Assembly (NCBI GenBank): GCA_000165425.1
Contig: CT868241.1
Location: 496,001-522,731, forward strand
Reading direction: 5' to 3'
Length of the DNA: 26,731 bases
Source of the DNA: Paramecium tetraurelia
Lineage: Eukaryota
Part shown: one piece after another, positions 22,290 through 26,731 of the stretch
Numbering within the stretch: the first letter of the stretch is position 1
Layout of the letters: every line of letters starts with the position of its first letter
The notes under the pieces: generated by a model
Seen by the model: the letters and a program-made list of their open reading frames with translations, nothing else
What the model was told of the DNA's origin: nothing
Database searches by the model: none
Made by a program: the position numbers and the translations under genes

Positions 22290-25000
22290 ATCAAAAAATG
22301 ATAGTAAAATGCATCCTTCTAATCAATTTTAGATCAAAAAAATATCAATTTATAAATGATTCTCGAAAAATTTAGTTTGTACCTTTTAGAGGGGAGAATA
22401 TTCCTGGACTAGGTAAGATAAAAAGTTTGAAGAATATAATGAAAACAATACCCTAATCAATCAATTAAGGAAAGTGCAAAATATAGAGGAATGGCTAGGC
22501 TGATAATTGAAAATAAGATGTTTTGCTCTATGCAAATTTGCCTTCAAAATGAAATTTTAAAACACTCCTGTTGGGCAGTTCAAAATGATCATCATTCTAC
22601 ATAAAAATATTAATATAAATATATTTGTTATGATATTTTATGATATTCAAAGCTATAAGTTGACCACAAATATCAATTGAATTAGAGCATTCAAGTTAAT
22701 ATTTCTCCAAAAATTGAAATATTTATATAAAAGTCTTTATTTGTTTACAAAATATTTTAAATGGTCTAACTATGTTATTAAAATATGTTAAAATATTGTC
22801 CTAAAGTAGTTTAGAAAATTGTCTGAAATATCATCTTTAAAGTATGAATAATTTATAATTTAAAAATTTAAGTTAATGTGGACAAGTAATTTACATTAGT
22901 TATAGAAGTCTCAGATAAAAATACCCAAGTATCTTCAAAAAAAATCTAACAATTTTAACGCTGCTCATAGTAGCTAGGCTTGTGATTAAATGACGTTGCT
23001 TATTGTCTAGTTTAGCTGATTCAATTATTGTGATTAATTTGAGAACAACAGATGTAATATCGAAATCACTGTCAATTTGACATAAATATAAATTCACCAT
23101 CTTTTACAATTATTAGGAAGAAACTTAACACTTCAGCACTGCAATATGAATAAATTTATATATTTATAATATGATAATAATTGTTTAAAACCAAAAGTCA
23201 CAGTTCACTTCAATAAGAAATTTCTGAAGTTATTAATTTTTCACAATATCTTATAAGGATAAACTCTATTTTGCAAAGGCGTAAAACAGACTTTCAAGTT
23301 AATTATAATTATCATTATTCTCTATCATTCATAAATTTGTAAATATCCGTTTAATAAAAGAAGAAGTCTCATTAGTCTTTTAAGTTGTAAATAAGGTAAA
23401 ATTTAGATGAACAACAGTATTTATCAATAATGACTGATGACGAAGTTAATAATATTTTACTTAAATAGTTTAAGTTGAGAATATTGAAAAATTAAATTTC
23501 TGACTATACTAGCTACTTCAGCTTTAAAGAAACTATCTTTTAATATTCTACATGTAAGCAATTCATGCATAACCAGATTAATTCAGATACATGTTGACAA
23601 TTTCTGCTTGGAATCTTAAATAATAATTATCAAAATTATATTTAAATATCGTTGCAACATTCATAGAATAATCTTCTAAAAAGATATTAAATTTTGAAAA
23701 TTATCAACTCTTTACTAATAAAAAATGTAGTTCTTTTTATATCCTAGAATTTGGATATTAATATACTATTCCTAATTTTAATTGTTTCATAAATTATTAA
23801 TTTCATTTTGGCCATTTGAAGGTGAAAAATTTTCTCCTCGAGTATACAAATAATTCATTATTATAAATGAAAATGAAATATTAGAATTTTACTTCAATTT
23901 TAAGAGTTTTATATAGCTTTCCTCGTTATCTATATTTTCTATTTTGCTCAAAATCAGATATCTAAAAGCATAAGCGCTGCTATTAATGTCTTAATAAAAA
24001 AACTTGTTTTCTTTTTGAAATCACAATTGAACTAGAGCAATTGCGTTATGACATGAAGCATGAATTTATATCTTAATTTGGTGACTTAGAGAAAGAAATT
24101 GAAATAAATTTGTTTTCTGATTACTATTGAAAAAGATTAATGAAAAATAGGAGGATAGATATTTTGATAGAGAAATGAAATTGTGGATAAGAATGTAAAA
24201 TGTAAGAAGGAAGAAGGAAGAACTAGAATTGCGATTTTAGAATTAAGTGAAAATTTCAAAATACGAATAAATTCATGATACTGATTACTTAAGCCAGCTA
24301 AAAAAACTAATATTAGAGTAAAGGTTGGTTGTTTTTTGGATTAATCGATAAAAATTAAATTGATATCAACTTTTGGAAATAGACTAGCAAATAAATTCTC
24401 ATCATGTGATTTATTCTTTGAATTAAAAAACCAGAGATTGGATTGGTATGGTATCTACAGAATGGAACTCTTAGATAAGCTCAAGAAAATTGAATAAACA
24501 AAGTATGATTTGGGTTTATGATAAATTTGTATAAGATTTGGAAGAAATTTGATTTGGAAATTAAAACTAAATAACTGGATAGATATGTCATCTTCTTTGA
24601 CAAGGTTCAACGTCTACAATTAGTTTAGTTTGACAAAAATTTGCTATTTGAAATTATTACAAAAAATAGGATTGTTGGAAGAAGGTTTAAAGATGTTATA
24701 CAATTAAATTAGTTTATAATCCTATTAATAAAATATAGATTAGATTCAAGAATGGATTTTATTAAAGGAGTTTATGGCCTTTAATATTAGTTAATATTTT
24801 GATGATTTTTATTGAAATAGTAAGGATAAAGTTTGAAAATATTGGAGGAGACATTAATATTGTGATTTTTCATAAGATATAGAGACTATATATGGTAAAA
24901 GTACTTACAGATAAAGTGAGGCAGACTATATATGGTAAAAGTACTTACAGATAAAGTGAGGCAGTTTGAATTCATGATAAAGTGCTTACAAATTCAAATA
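22290..25000 (+). pseudogene. Decayed coding-like sequence from one or more large genes
   Basis: Protein-like segments (e.g. EITIELEQLRYDMKHEFISQFGDLEKEIEINLF; EKINEKQEDRYFDREMKLWIRMQ) lie in shifting frames interrupted by TGA codons that tiny introns do not remove. Confidence 0.5.
24883..24964. repeat. Perfect 40-bp tandem duplication
   Basis: AGACTATATATGGTAAAAGTACTTACAGATAAAGTGAGGC occurs at 24883-24922 and 24923-24962, followed by AG. Confidence 0.97.
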
Positions 25001-25490
25001 ATTTATAAGATAAATTGTCTATAATTTTCAACACCAAGACTAAATATAATAAAAAAATTTGAAGGCTGACAAACTTATTCCAAATAAAAAATAATCATTC
25101 AAATTCAAAGCAAAATAGGAGTAAAATATTTCCCTCCCATTTAAATTCGTATTAATAGCATAATTATACCTTTCAGCAAACAAGCTCTTGGTATTGTTTC
25201 CTTGGTTTAAATGAATTTTTTGCTGAGTGAGTCTTTCAAATTATGCTGTAAACATTAAGTATTCTGATAAGAGGCTATACTGAAGAATTGGAGGTTTACT
25301 AGTTTAATTACATTAAAGTTGACTCGTTAAGGTTAAATTCAATTTAGCTTAAGCAATATTAAATTAATATTATGCTGATATTTAGAATATTTATTGAGTC
25401 AAAATTCACTCTCAAAATTTTAAAAGATTATTTAATTACGACTTCTAGTTTTAGGATAATATTATAACAAGTACTGATGTACGCTGTTCG

Positions 25491-25892
25491 TCAACCTGTG
25501 TAAGCGATGTGCTCATCGTGGCTATTATAATTAGCCTTCTGTCTTCCTAAATTGCTTTCTAGTCCTTTCCTGTATTCTTTTGATACATTAATTATGAATA
25601 TCCACAAACTTTTTATTTCTAAAGCAGACAAAATATCTACTATTAACAACAAAATCAATACTTAATTGGTTGCTTCGCTCTTGTACTTTCTCAATGACAT
25701 TATCATAGTTGAGCTCGCTGAACTGATAATATACATAGTTATAATCGATACATCATTAGATACAGAGTATCCCTTATTCCTAAAAAGTTTGTTGGCAACT
25801 GCAATGTATTAATCTTTGGAATATCTTGAGGCAACAGAAATTATTATTGAATTGACACAGATATGCTAAGCCTTATATTTATGTCTCAACAT
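25491..25892 (-). pseudogene. Short hypothetical gene or gene remnant
   Basis: MLRHKYKAQHICVNSIIISVASRYSKDQYIAVANKLFRNKGYSVSND, an intron-like GTA..CAG, then FSELNYDNVIEKVQERSNQL and an intron-like GTA..TAG. Start and end are ambiguous, and coding-like sequence continues toward 25030. Confidence 0.35.
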
Positions 25893-26006
25893 TAGTTTAA
25901 ATTGTCATCCAACCTAAAAATCCCAACTAATTAAATTAAATTCACCTAAAAATCATGAAATTAATTTATTTATACTCTAATTTTTTTTAATTAATAGAAA
26001 TTAGAA

Positions 26007-26731
26007 ATGATATAAGTTGAAAAAACAACTGTAATTGTGAATTATGAAGATATTATAGATTAAGGGAATTTTGGATCTCTTTTCAAAGGTACAATTAGTT
26101 AGGGTAAATTGGTGGCTGTAAAAATACAAAAAGACATTTCAGATTTTGAAAACTAGATTTTATCGGCAATTAAAGGAAAACAATTTGATCATATAATTGA
26201 AGTGATTGCTTTTGAAAAAAAGGAGAAAGCTGCTTACACAATTATGGAACTTGGTGAAAAGTTTGATTTAAGTAAAATTTTGAATAAAAAGAATGCATGC
26301 TTGCAAGTAAAAATATAAATATTTTAGATGGCAAAAGGTGTTCAAGAATTACATAAATTAGGATTTTTTCATCGGGATTTAAAACCTGGTAATTTTGTAA
26401 TAGGGAAAGACAACAAAATCAAGTTGATTGATTTTGGGATCTCTAAAAAAATAGAAGAGAAATCTCAAACCCAAATGTAAGGGACATATCAATATATGGC
26501 TCCAGAAATACTGAAAACCTAAGCTTATGACCATTCTGTTGATATCTGGTCTTTGGGATTGGTTTTTTATGAGGTCTTTCTAGGTTTAGTATTTTTTACA
26601 AATAAATAAGAAGGTGAAATGATTGATGACCTACTTTAAATCAAGCAAATATAAATCAATGAAAAAATAAGAGCAAATAGAAATTTAGGATAGTGGCAAC
26701 AAAAATTGCTATAAAAAATGATTGTTCAAAG
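26007..26731 (+). CDS. Ser/Thr protein kinase, 3'-truncated by the window edge
   Basis: [39 protein letters not shown] and SVDIWSLG. One 21-nt intron at 26307-26327. Confidence 0.93.

Noticed and set aside
949..23100. Supplied ORF track as gene calls
   Set aside because: It was computed with TAA/TAG as stops. Most entries are antisense or off-frame shadows. Only 949-1164, 15978-16166 (partly) and 16558-16758 are in-frame fragments of real genes.
24883..24964. CRISPR array or transposon target-site duplication
   Set aside because: There are only two abutting copies with no spacer or inserted element, and the context is eukaryotic.
1..26731. Telomeric repeats, tRNA/rRNA genes, transposase or reverse transcriptase remnants
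   Set aside because: No G3T3/G4T2 tracts, cloverleaf or rRNA-like GC-rich segments, or DDE/RT motifs were recognised by eye. Degenerate elements in the 22-26 kb region cannot be excluded without a search.

Overview
AT-rich, gene-dense eukaryotic DNA with the hallmarks of a ciliate macronuclear genome, most likely Paramecium. TAA/TAG read as Gln, TGA is the only stop, introns are 21-29 nt GT..AG and intergenic gaps are very short. The supplied ORF track uses the standard code and is almost entirely artefactual, so all models below were translated by hand in the ciliate code. Bases 1-20150 carry about 15 genes: the 3' end of a possible CK1-type kinase, a MORN-repeat protein with an acylation-type N-terminus, MsrA, a small signal-peptide/TM protein, a TTC29-like TPR protein, a PDK1-like kinase, a tandem CCCH zinc-finger protein, an RCE1-like CAAX protease with degenerate catalytic motifs, a MAK/ICK kinase, Fab1/PIKfyve and several hypotheticals. 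About 20.2-25.9 kb looks like decayed coding sequence and contains a perfect 40-bp tandem duplication. A Ser/Thr kinase runs off the right end. The most notable observations are three head-to-head gene pairs with ATGs only 10-15 nt apart across dyad-symmetric spacers, a multi-hairpin intergenic element at 8481-8610 (candidate ncRNA), and the probable RCE1 pseudo-enzyme. I see no clear multi-gene novel system.
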